From: Candidatus Saccharimonadota bacterium
GTDB lineage: Bacteria; Bacteroidota; Bacteroidia; Flavobacteriales; Blattabacteriaceae
Length of the DNA stretch: 32,000 nt
Reading direction: 5' to 3'
Assembly (NCBI RefSeq): GCF_014252315.1
Contig: NZ_CP059216.1
Coordinates: 388,038-420,037 of the forward strand
The position numbers were made by a program, and so were the translations under genes. How positions within the stretch are numbered: position 1 is the first letter of the stretch; each line of letters starts with the position of its first letter. This document shows positions 17,728 to 27,243 of this stretch, piece after piece. The notes below the pieces were generated by a model. The model saw only the letters and a program-made list of their open reading frames with translations. It had not been told where the DNA came from and made no database searches.

Positions 17728-19011
17728 ATGGAATCTATTCAAAATATAAAACAAAAGTTTGGAATTATTGGGTATGATTGTGCATTACATAGAGCTTTAG
17801 AAAAAGCGATACAAGTTGCTCCTACAGATATTTCTGTATTAGTACTTGGAGAAAGTGGTGTTGGTAAAGAATTTATTCCAAAAATAATTCATAAATATTC
17901 ATGTAGAAAACATCATTCTTATATTGCTGTTAATTGTGGAGCAATACCAGAAGGAACTATTGATAGTGAATTATTTGGACATGAAAAAGGATCCTTTACT
18001 GGAGCAACAAATATGAGAAAAGGTTATTTTGAAGTTGCAAATAAAGGTACTATTTTTTTAGATGAAGTAGGAGAACTACCATTAACAACACAAGTTAGAT
18101 TACTTAGAATTTTAGAATCTGGAGAATTTATTAAAGTAGGATCGTCAAAAATTCAAAAAACTGATATAAGAATTGTTGCTGCAACAAATTTAAATATGAT
18201 AGAATCTATAAATAAAGGAAAATTTAGAGAGGATTTATATTATAGATTAAACACAGTACAAATAAATATTCCATCACTTAGATCTAGAAAAGATGATATT
18301 AAATTTTTATTTAAAAAATTTTCTAATGATTTTGCAGAAAAATATAGAATGCCATCAATAACATTAACAGAAAATTCTTTAAAATATTTAGAAAATTATT
18401 CATGGCCTGGAAATATTAGACAACTAAAAAATTTAATAGAACAAATATCAGTTGTAGAAACTAAAAGAGAAATAAATATAGAAAAATTAAAAGAATATAT
18501 TCCAGAAAATATTCCATCATTATCATTATCAAAATTAAATAGAGATTTAAATAATGATAATTTTTTTCATAATAATAGAGAAAGAGATTTTATTTATAAA
18601 ATATTATTTGATATGAAAAAAAATCTTAATGATTTAAAGAATATTGTTTATCAATTAATAAAGAATAATCAAAATTCTAGATTTTTTAAAGAAAATAATG
18701 ATCTTATAAACCAAGTTTTTGAGAGAATAACAAATAGAAATTCTAATAAAAATCCTGAAATAACAAATAATTCAATAGTACAATTAAAAAAATTGGATCA
18801 CAATAAAAATTCTTCTGAAGAAAAAATTATAGAAGATTATGATGAATGTGTTGAAGAAAACATTCAAAATTCTTTTTCTTTACAAAAAAAAGAAATTGAA
18901 TTTATTCAAAGAATATTAAAAAAAAATAAAGGAAAAAGAAAAAAAACAGCCAAAGAACTAGGTATTTCAGAAAGAACATTATATAGGAAAATAAAACAAT
19001 ATGGACTATAA
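17728..19011 (+). CDS. Sigma-54-dependent transcriptional activator (bEBP, Fis-type HTH), no N-terminal sensory domain
   Basis: 427 aa. The AAA+ domain begins within about 10 residues of the N-terminus. Walker A GESGVGKE, sigma-54 contact loop GSFTGA (GAFTGA variant), Walker B FLDEVGE, FREDLYYRL, C-terminal HTH KKTAKELGISERTLYRKIKQYG. Confidence 0.92.
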   Translation: MESIQNIKQKFGIIGYDCALHRALEKAIQVAPTDISVLVLGESGVGKEFIPKIIHKYSCRKHHSYIAVNCGAIPEGTIDSELFGHEKGSFTGATNMRKGYFEVANKGTIFLDEVGELPLTTQVRLLRILESGEFIKVGSSKIQKTDIRIVAATNLNMIESINKGKFREDLYYRLNTVQINIPSLRSRKDDIKFLFKKFSNDFAEKYRMPSITLTENSLKYLENYSWPGNIRQLKNLIEQISVVETKREINIEKLKEYIPENIPSLSLSKLNRDLNNDNFFHNNRERDFIYKILFDMKKNLNDLKNIVYQLIKNNQNSRFFKENNDLINQVFERITNRNSNKNPEITNNSIVQLKKLDHNKNSSEEKIIEDYDECVEENIQNSFSLQKKEIEFIQRILKKNKGKRKKTAKELGISERTLYRKIKQYGL

Positions 19012-19119
19012 AAAATATTTTTTATTTTCATATTTTTTTTCAAAATAATTAATTTTTAAAATTAAAAAAATTAACAATATTTATAATAGAATTAAATTTA
19101 TAATCATATTTTATAAAAA

Positions 19120-19362
19120 ATGAATAATACTTTCTCAATAAACATAGTAAGTTTTTTTATTATTATAGCATCTATTTTATTTATATTTATTATTTTGATA
19201 CAAAGTCCTAAAAAAGAAAGTATAAATCAATCTTTTATGGAAAAAAATTTTAGATTTTTTGGAGTTAAAAGAACAAATTCATTTTTAAATAATTTTACAT
19301 GGATTTTATCTATTATTATATTATTATTAATATTAATATTTAATTATCTACTGATGAAATAA
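19120..19362 (+). CDS. secG: Preprotein translocase subunit SecG
   Basis: 80 aa. Two TM helices flank ILIQSPKKES. It sits directly before groES, as I recall for Flavobacteriia. Confidence 0.75.
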   Translation: MNNTFSINIVSFFIIIASILFIFIILIQSPKKESINQSFMEKNFRFFGVKRTNSFLNNFTWILSIIILLLILIFNYLLMK

Positions 19363-19374
19363 TATAATAAAATA

Positions 19375-19389
19375 ATGTCATAATGACAT
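19375..19389. promoter_or_regulatory. Perfect 15-bp palindrome ATGTCAT-A-ATGACAT; candidate protein-binding site
   Basis: Read directly: 7-bp arms with a 1-nt centre. It lies 13 bp after the secG stop and 12 bp before the -24 element. The 1-nt loop and lack of a T-run argue against a terminator. Confidence 0.3.
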
Positions 19390-19399
19390 GTTATATAAC

Positions 19400-19417
19400 T
19401 TGGCACATTTTTGGCAC
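19400..19417 (+). promoter_or_regulatory. Sigma-54 (-24/-12) promoter candidate for groES-groEL
   Basis: tTGGCACattttTGGCAc. GG at 19402-19403 and GC at 19414-19415 are 12 nt apart, as in the consensus TGGCAC-N5-TTGCW, with one core mismatch. It is the only G/C-rich patch in the spacer and sits 50 bp upstream of the groES ATG. Confidence 0.6.
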
Positions 19418-19465
19418 TCCAATATAATTAGAGTTATTTATAAAAACTAAAAAAATTATTCAGTT

Positions 19466-19744
19466 ATGATGGAAGTAAAGATAAAACCTTTATCAGATCG
19501 TGTTCTTGTACATCCTGACCAAGCTGAAACAAAAACAGCTTCAGGAATAATAATACCTGATACAGCAAAAGAGAAACCGCAAAAAGGAACTGTAATAGCA
19601 GTAGGAAAAGGAAAAAAAAATGATCCTATGACTTTAAAAAAAGGAGATAGAGTATTATATGGTAAATATTCTGGAACAGAATTAAAATGGGAAGGGGAAG
19701 AATATTTAATAATGCGAGAATCTGATGTAATTGCTGTTATATAA
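19466..19744 (+). CDS. groES: Co-chaperonin GroES
   Basis: 92 aa. [25 protein letters not shown], mobile loop, [13 protein letters not shown]. The start could be the second ATG at 19469. Confidence 0.97.
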   Translation: MMEVKIKPLSDRVLVHPDQAETKTASGIIIPDTAKEKPQKGTVIAVGKGKKNDPMTLKKGDRVLYGKYSGTELKWEGEEYLIMRESDVIAVI

Positions 19745-19756
19745 GTATATAAATAA

Positions 19757-21457
<1,701 letters not shown>

Positions 21458-21524
21458 AATAAAATTATAATGTAAAGGAATACGATAAATTTAAATTTTT
21501 TATAATATCTTTTTATATTAAAAT

Positions 21525-21564
21525 AAAAAAAAATAGTGTCATTATTTCTGACACTATTTTTTTT
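21525..21564. terminator. Bidirectional rho-independent terminator between convergent groEL and kdsC
   Basis: Perfect 10-bp stem AATAGTGTCA (21532-21541) / TGACACTATT (21549-21558) with a 7-nt loop. Flanked by an A9 run upstream and a T8 run downstream, so it works on both strands. Confidence 0.8.
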
Positions 21565-21565
21565 A

Positions 21566-22069
21566 TTATATCCAATTTTTTTGTATTTTCAAAGTTTTTT
21601 CAATAACATCTCTTACACAACCATCTCCACCTTTTTTAGGAGAAACATATTTAGAAATATCTTTAACCTCTTGAACAGCATCTATAGGAGAACATGGAAG
21701 TGCTACAGATTTCATAATATCAATATCAGGAATATCATCTCCCATATAAAGAATTTTTTTTTTATTAATATTTAAAATATTACAATATATATTGAGATAT
21801 TTTTTTTTATTATTTATTCCTTGATAAATATGGTTAACTTTTAATTTTTTTAAACGTTGAAATACCATTAAATCTGATCCCCTAGTCATTACACATAAAT
21901 TATAACCTTTTTTTATTGCTAATTGTATAGCATATCCATCTTTAGCTGACATTTGACGACACATATTTCCATCTGGAAATAAATTAAGCTTACAATTAGT
22001 TAGGACGCCATCGACATCAAATATAAAAGTATTTATATCATTCATTATATTCATATATCCCATAATCAA
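21566..22069 (-). CDS. kdsC: HAD-family phosphatase, KdsC-like (3-deoxy-D-manno-octulosonate-8-phosphate phosphatase)
   Basis: 167 aa. HAD motif I FIFDVDGVLT, GDDIPD, C-terminal GG.GCVRDVIE. The track start is TTG and several in-frame ATGs follow, so the start is uncertain. Confidence 0.8.
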   Translation of the reverse strand: MIMGYMNIMNDINTFIFDVDGVLTNCKLNLFPDGNMCRQMSAKDGYAIQLAIKKGYNLCVMTRGSDLMVFQRLKKLKVNHIYQGINNKKKYLNIYCNILNINKKKILYMGDDIPDIDIMKSVALPCSPIDAVQEVKDISKYVSPKKGGDGCVRDVIEKTLKIQKNWI

Positions 22070-22137
22070 TTTAATTATAATTTCATTTTATATTATATTG
22101 AAAAACACTAAGAATGTACAATTAAAAATTAAACTAT

Positions 22138-22536
22138 TTATATATCTTTATAATTTACATTTGTAAAATCTTTTATTTTAGATGATTTTTTTTGAATTGT
22201 TTTATTAGAATATTCTTGAGTATATGAAGAATGATTTTTAAAATCTTTTTGATGACGTTCTGATATTACTTCTCTTCCTTTTTCATTTATAATAAATCTA
22301 ATCATATCATCAAGTATACTTTGAAATTTCGAAAAATCTTCTTTATACAAATAAATTTTATGTTTTTTATAAGTTATTTCTCCTGTATTAGAATAATTTT
22401 TTTTACTTTCAGTAATAGTTAAGTAATAATCACCAGCTCTTGTTTCTCTTGCATCAAAAAAATATGTACGACTTCCAGTTTTTAAAGTCCTTGAACAAAT
22501 TTCATTTCTTTCTTTAATACTTTCTTTTTCTTCCAT
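22138..22536 (-). CDS. PUR-alpha-like nucleic-acid-binding protein (DUF3276 family)
   Basis: 132 aa. PUR-repeat pattern SRTYFFDARETRAGDYYLTITESKK, then HKIYLYKEDFSKF, resembling eukaryotic Pur-alpha KRFYLDVKQN.KGRFLKIAE. Confidence 0.75.
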   Translation of the reverse strand: MEEKESIKERNEICSRTLKTGSRTYFFDARETRAGDYYLTITESKKNYSNTGEITYKKHKIYLYKEDFSKFQSILDDMIRFIINEKGREVISERHQKDFKNHSSYTQEYSNKTIQKKSSKIKDFTNVNYKDI

Positions 22537-22620
22537 TTTGATTATTGTTTATTGTTTTTTCATTATGATAATATAAAACAAATATGAATAAAATAAAAAA
22601 AATGTATTAATACATTTTTT

Positions 22621-24354
22621 TTATTTATGATTAAAAAAATCTTTTTTATTAAAATTTTTTATTTTAAATATTTTTCCTTTTTTTAATGTTATCAGTAAAT
22701 TAAAATTAGATATATATGATATATCATGTGTAATAATAATAGTAGTAATATTTTTCATATTTTTTTTTATACAATCTATAATTAACTTTCTTTTTTTTTG
22801 ATCTATAGCAGAAAAACTATCATCAAATATAAGTATTTTAGGATTTTTTATAAGTGCTCTTGCTATACATATTCTTTGTTTTTGTCCTCCAGATAATGTA
22901 ACCCCTTTTTCTCCTACCATTGTATTATATCCATTTTTAAAATTAATAATTTCATCATTTATCATAGCTTTTTTAGCAGCATTATATATTTCTTCTTTAG
23001 TTACTTTTTTAATACTTCCTAATGCTATATTATTATAAATAGAATCAGAAAAAAGAAAAGATTCTTGAGGAACATATCCAATATTATTTCTAATATTATA
23101 TAAATTATAATTTTTTATAGAATAATTATCTATTAATATATCTCCTTGATAATCATTATATAATCTTAATATTAATTTTCCTATAGTAGTTTTTCCAGAT
23201 CCTACTTCTCCAGTTAATACTAATGTTTCTCCATTCATTAATTTAAATGATATATTATTTAATATATTTAAATTAATATAATTATTAAATGAAAAACTTA
23301 CATTTTTAAATTGAATTTTTCCATATAATTTTTTTTTTTCAAATTTATTTACATTATAAATTGTTTGTTTTTCATTTAATAATTTATTTATACGTATTTT
23401 TGAAACCTTAGCTCTTTCTATTATAACTACAACCCATCCTAATATAACTATTGGAAATATTAATATATTTATATATGTAAAAAATTCTGCAATAATTCCT
23501 ATTTCTTTTATTTCTCCATTAAAATATTTTATTCCACCAAAAAAAAGAATTAATAAATGACTAACACCTATAAAAAATATTATTATAGTATATAATATAG
23601 ATTCATATATAGATAAACTAATATTTTTTTTTTTATATTCTAATACAATTTTTCTATGTTTTTTATAAAATAAATATTCTGAAGAAAAAGATTTTACAAT
23701 ATGTATTCCAGAAAAAGTTTCTTGAATAAAAGAACATATATTAGATTGATATTCTTGAACTTTTTTACTACATATTGCAATATTAGAACTTAAATAATAA
23801 ATAATTAAAAATAATATAGGAATAGGGATTACAACATAAATAGTCAATGATTTATCAAGTCTGAACATTTGTATAAATACTATAGTAAATAAACTTATTA
23901 AGTTAATAAAATACATCATTCCAGGACCTATATATTGTCTTATAAAAGAAACATCTTCTGTAATTCTATTCATTAAATCTCCTGTAGAATTTTTTTTATA
24001 AAAAGATAATCCTAATTTTTGATAATGTGAAAAAATTTCATTTTTTATGTCTACCTCTATCATTCTAGATGTAGTTATTATAAATTGTCTCATATAATAT
24101 TTTACTATTCCCCCTATAATTGGAATAATTAATATTATACTTGTATATAAAAAAATTTTATTTATATAATTAATATTTAAATTTTTTTTAGAAATATCAA
24201 ATAATAAATCTTTAATTATATTAATAGAATTACCTATATATGGAATAGGAATTATTGTTAATATATTTGATAATATTATCAATAATAATCCTATGCATAA
24301 ACGTAACTTATATTTGCGACAATACTTCTTACTAAAGATTAATAAATCAATCAT
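22621..24354 (-). CDS. ABC exporter, fused permease/ATPase (MdlA/MsbA-like half transporter)
   Basis: Six-TM N-terminal domain. Walker A GEVGSGKTT, signature LSGGQKQR, Walker B ILIFDD, H-loop ITHD. I prefer the ATG at 24354; the track uses a TTG at 24363. Confidence 0.9.
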   Translation of the reverse strand: MIDLLIFSKKYCRKYKLRLCIGLLLIILSNILTIIPIPYIGNSINIIKDLLFDISKKNLNINYINKIFLYTSIILIIPIIGGIVKYYMRQFIITTSRMIEVDIKNEIFSHYQKLGLSFYKKNSTGDLMNRITEDVSFIRQYIGPGMMYFINLISLFTIVFIQMFRLDKSLTIYVVIPIPILFLIIYYLSSNIAICSKKVQEYQSNICSFIQETFSGIHIVKSFSSEYLFYKKHRKIVLEYKKKNISLSIYESILYTIIIFFIGVSHLLILFFGGIKYFNGEIKEIGIIAEFFTYINILIFPIVILGWVVVIIERAKVSKIRINKLLNEKQTIYNVNKFEKKKLYGKIQFKNVSFSFNNYINLNILNNISFKLMNGETLVLTGEVGSGKTTIGKLILRLYNDYQGDILIDNYSIKNYNLYNIRNNIGYVPQESFLFSDSIYNNIALGSIKKVTKEEIYNAAKKAMINDEIINFKNGYNTMVGEKGVTLSGGQKQRICIARALIKNPKILIFDDSFSAIDQKKRKLIIDCIKKNMKNITTIIITHDISYISNFNLLITLKKGKIFKIKNFNKKDFFNHK

Positions 24355-24434
24355 AACAACCAATATGCAAAAATATAAATTTTTTAACTTTTGTTTTTTA
24401 TATAATTATATTTTAAGTTTTTATTATTTAAATA

Positions 24435-25316
24435 ATGTCATTTAGGAGAAATTATCGTATAATAATATTACAATTTTTATATGCTCAACAACTATCCAAG
24501 ATAAATTTATATCAAGTTGAAAAAAATATGCTTCATAGCATTAAAGAATTATATAATATTTATATGTCTTTTCTTTGTTTAATTTTAGTAATTAGAGATA
24601 ATATTTTTATAATAGAAAAAAAATATCCTAATAAAAAATTAATTTTTGAAAAAAAGTTTGCTTATAATCCTGTAATTAAAATTTTATCTTGTAATAAAGA
24701 TTTGTTAAATTTATATAATTCTCCTAAAAATTTATGGAAAAAAAATTCAATTATATTCTATTTTTTAAAAAAAATGAAAGATATTTCTTTAGATAAAAAT
24801 TTAAATTCTTTTGAAGAAGAAAAAAATTTTTTAATAAAATGTTATAAAAATTTATTTATTACTAATAATATTTTAAAATATAAAGTAGAAGAATTATATA
24901 ATAATGGACAAGAAAATATATATATTGCTCATAATATGGTATGTAAAACTTTGCAACTAATAAAATATTCCACGTCTCCAAATTTTAAATTATATAATTA
25001 TAATATTGAAAATAAAAAATTTATTATTTATCTATATCGTAACACAATTATTAATAAAAATAAATTCAATAAACTAATAAATTTTATATCTGATAATTGG
25101 AATGTAAATAGAATATCAATTATAAATTTAATTATATTGCAAATGGCTATATGTGAATTTCTATATTTTCCAAATATTCCTCCAAAAGTAACTATAAATG
25201 AATATATAGAAATAACAAAAATTTTTTGTATGGAAAAAAGTAAAACATTTATTAATGGAATATTAGATCAAATATATAAATATTTACGTAAAAAAAACAA
25301 AATTTTTAAAATATAA
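24435..25316 (+). CDS. nusB: Transcription antitermination factor NusB (long Bacteroidetes form)
   Basis: 293 aa. The C-terminal NusB fold reads NRISIINLIILQMAICEFLYFPNIPPKVTINEYIEITK...KTFINGILD. Long N-terminal extension. Confidence 0.85.
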   Translation: MSFRRNYRIIILQFLYAQQLSKINLYQVEKNMLHSIKELYNIYMSFLCLILVIRDNIFIIEKKYPNKKLIFEKKFAYNPVIKILSCNKDLLNLYNSPKNLWKKNSIIFYFLKKMKDISLDKNLNSFEEEKNFLIKCYKNLFITNNILKYKVEELYNNGQENIYIAHNMVCKTLQLIKYSTSPNFKLYNYNIENKKFIIYLYRNTIINKNKFNKLINFISDNWNVNRISIINLIILQMAICEFLYFPNIPPKVTINEYIEITKIFCMEKSKTFINGILDQIYKYLRKKNKIFKI

Positions 25317-25340
25317 AACAAATTATAATTTAATTTCATT

Positions 25341-25700
25341 ATGTTTATTTTATTATTTCAACAAAATTCTGTTATGAGCACGATTTGGATGTTTATATTA
25401 ATTTTTATAGTATTTTATTTTTTTATGATACGTCCTCAAATACAGAAACAAAAAAAAGAAAAAATATTTCAAAAAAATTTGGAAAAAGGTAATTATATAG
25501 TAACTAATTCAGGAATACATGGAAGAATTATAAATATAACTGATAATTTTTGTGTATTAGAAACTGTATTAGGAAAGATAAAACTTGAAAAAAATACAAT
25601 ATCTAAAGATTTAACAATACTTCGTTATTGTAACAATAATAATAAAAATAATAATAAAGAAAAAATTTCTACAAATAAAAATAAACAATTATTTAAATGA
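25341..25700 (+). CDS. yajC: Preprotein translocase subunit YajC
   Basis: 119 aa. Single TM followed by FFMIRPQIQKQKKEK and GNYIVTNSGIHGRI. Ends in TGA within an ATGA overlap with coaE. Confidence 0.88.
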   Translation: MFILLFQQNSVMSTIWMFILIFIVFYFFMIRPQIQKQKKEKIFQKNLEKGNYIVTNSGIHGRIINITDNFCVLETVLGKIKLEKNTISKDLTILRYCNNNNKNNNKEKISTNKNKQLFK

Positions 25701-26329
25701 AATCTTTATTAATAGGAATAACTGGTAATATAGGTTCTGGAAAAACTTTATATTCTTCTTTTATGAAAAAATATAATATACCAATATATTATTCAGACAA
25801 AAGAGGAAAAATAATAATGAATAAATCAAATTTATTAAAAAGTAATATAATAAAATACTTTGGAAAAAATTCCTATACAAAAATGGGAATAATTAATAGT
25901 AGTTATTTATCAAAAATTGTTTTTCAAAATTCTTATGCACTAAAATTATTATGTAAACTTATTTATCCATTAATTAAAATAGACTTTGAATTATGGAAAA
26001 AATCATTATTAATAAATAATTTTCCACCATATCTTATTAAAGAATCAGCTACTTTATTTGAAAGTGGAAGTTATAAGAATTGTGATATAATCATTGTATT
26101 GAATTCATCTTTAGAAAATAAAATAAAAAGAATTATAAAAAGAGATAATTTAAATGAATTACAAATTATAAATCGTTTGAATAATCAATTAAAAATTAAC
26201 GATATAAAAGTAAATAGTAATAATATAATTATTATTGATAATAATTTATCAATTGATCAACTTAAAAAAAAATCACATAAAATACATAAAACAATAATAA
26301 AAAAAATTAATTATGGGAAAAGGAGATAA
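25697..26329 (+). CDS. coaE: Dephospho-CoA kinase
   Basis: 210 aa. IGITGNIGSGKT P-loop at the N-terminus and CoaE-sized. Confidence 0.85.
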   Translation: MKSLLIGITGNIGSGKTLYSSFMKKYNIPIYYSDKRGKIIMNKSNLLKSNIIKYFGKNSYTKMGIINSSYLSKIVFQNSYALKLLCKLIYPLIKIDFELWKKSLLINNFPPYLIKESATLFESGSYKNCDIIIVLNSSLENKIKRIIKRDNLNELQIINRLNNQLKINDIKVNSNNIIIIDNNLSIDQLKKKSHKIHKTIIKKINYGKRR

Positions 26330-26438
26330 GAAAACTAGAAGAGGAAAAATTGTAAATAAAACATATGGAAATTTACGTCCAAATCCTAGAAATAAAAATT
26401 CTAAAAAAAATAAAACTAACAATAATAAAAAAAATTAA
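26313..26438 (+). CDS. 30S ribosomal protein THX (bTHX)
   Basis: Absent from the ORF track (41 codons). Hand translation gives MGKGDKKTRRGKIVNKTYGNLRPNPRNKNSKKNKTNNNKKN*. The N-terminal 23 aa match Thermus Thx [24 protein letters not shown] closely. It overlaps the coaE 3' end by 17 bp, and its TAA at 26436-26438 abuts the stop of the convergent gene. Confidence 0.85.
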   Translation: MGKGDKKTRRGKIVNKTYGNLRPNPRNKNSKKNKTNNNKKN

Positions 26439-27152
26439 TTAATTATTTTTTTCATCTTTATTATAATCATGATTTTTCTTAAAATAAGAGGTAAAATACA
26501 TTAATGATACTAGATTACTTAACATTGAAAAAACATATGTCAATACCGCCCATTTAAGAGTTTTTTTTACATAAAAAAATTCTTTATTATTTACTATATT
26601 ATTGTTTTTCAACCAATTTAAAGCTCTACTACTAGCATCAAATTCTATTGGTAATGTTATAATTGATAATATAAATACTAGAAAAAATAAAACTAATCCT
26701 ATTTTAAGAATTATAGAATATCCACCTTCTGATCCATAAAATATAGCCAATCCACTTATCATGGATAAGTATGCCATTTTAGAACTTAAATTCAGAATGT
26801 ATGTTAGTCCATTACGTATTTTTAATAATCTATATCCTATTTTATGTTGCAATGCATGCCCACATTCATGTGCAGCAACTGCTGTTGAAACACTATTTTT
26901 TTCATTAAATATTTTACTACTTAAATTTATAGTTTTATTAGAAGGATTATAATGATCAGTTAATTCTCCTTCTATTAAGAAAACTTTTACATCTAAAATT
27001 CCATTATCTGATAACATTTTTTCTGCTATTTCTTTACCGTTCATATTAGAATTTAAACGAATTTTTGAATAAAAATTAAGTCTATTTTTTAAAATAGCAT
27101 TTATAATATTATTTATAATAAAAATAATACCTACAATAAAATAATAACCCAT
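26439..27152 (-). CDS. Putative neutral zinc metallopeptidase (membrane, Zn_peptidase_2 type)
   Basis: 237 aa. HExxH in AAHECGHALQH, with N- and C-terminal TM helices. Confidence 0.82.
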   Translation of the reverse strand: MGYYFIVGIIFIINNIINAILKNRLNFYSKIRLNSNMNGKEIAEKMLSDNGILDVKVFLIEGELTDHYNPSNKTINLSSKIFNEKNSVSTAVAAHECGHALQHKIGYRLLKIRNGLTYILNLSSKMAYLSMISGLAIFYGSEGGYSIILKIGLVLFFLVFILSIITLPIEFDASSRALNWLKNNNIVNNKEFFYVKKTLKWAVLTYVFSMLSNLVSLMYFTSYFKKNHDYNKDEKNN

Positions 27153-27243
27153 GTATAATTTTTTTTAACAAAAATATTGATTTATTATTAAAAACGAAAA
27201 TATAATATAAATTAGTATATACTGCATCAAATTCTTGAATATT

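Noticed and set aside
19411-19439. Possible HrcA operator (CIRCE, TTAGCACTC-N9-GAGTGCTAA) upstream of groES. TTGGCACTC matches the left arm 8/9.
   Set aside because: The right arm is poor. At N9 spacing tagagttat matches 5/9, and at N11 gagttattt also matches 5/9. Only ACTC/GAGT (4 bp) can pair. The upstream second TGGCAC at the exact -24/-12 spacing is explained by the sigma-54 reading and not by CIRCE. I keep CIRCE as the main alternative, possibly a decayed operator, to be settled by comparative alignment and by whether hrcA or rpoN is present.
21536-21775. 79-aa plus-strand ORF from the track.
   Set aside because: It starts inside the groEL/kdsC terminator hairpin and runs antisense to kdsC. 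It has no motif.
22595-22622. A perfect 28-bp palindrome A8-TGTATTAATACA-T8 immediately after the ABC exporter stop. Considered as an intrinsic terminator.
   Set aside because: The non-homopolymer stem is only about 5 AT-rich bp with one G:C pair, so the predicted hairpin is very weak. A/T-run palindromes are expected in this composition. I did not list it as a feature.
25698-25700. Possible UGA recoding, as occurs in some reduced symbiont genomes. I checked TGA usage.
   Set aside because: yajC (25698-25700) and idi (30628-30630) both terminate at TGA at their expected lengths inside ATGA overlaps. All conserved genes are full length under the standard bacterial code. There is no evidence for reassignment.
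26761-26952. 63-aa plus-strand ORF from the track.
   Set aside because: It is antisense to the HExxH region of the zinc metallopeptidase gene.
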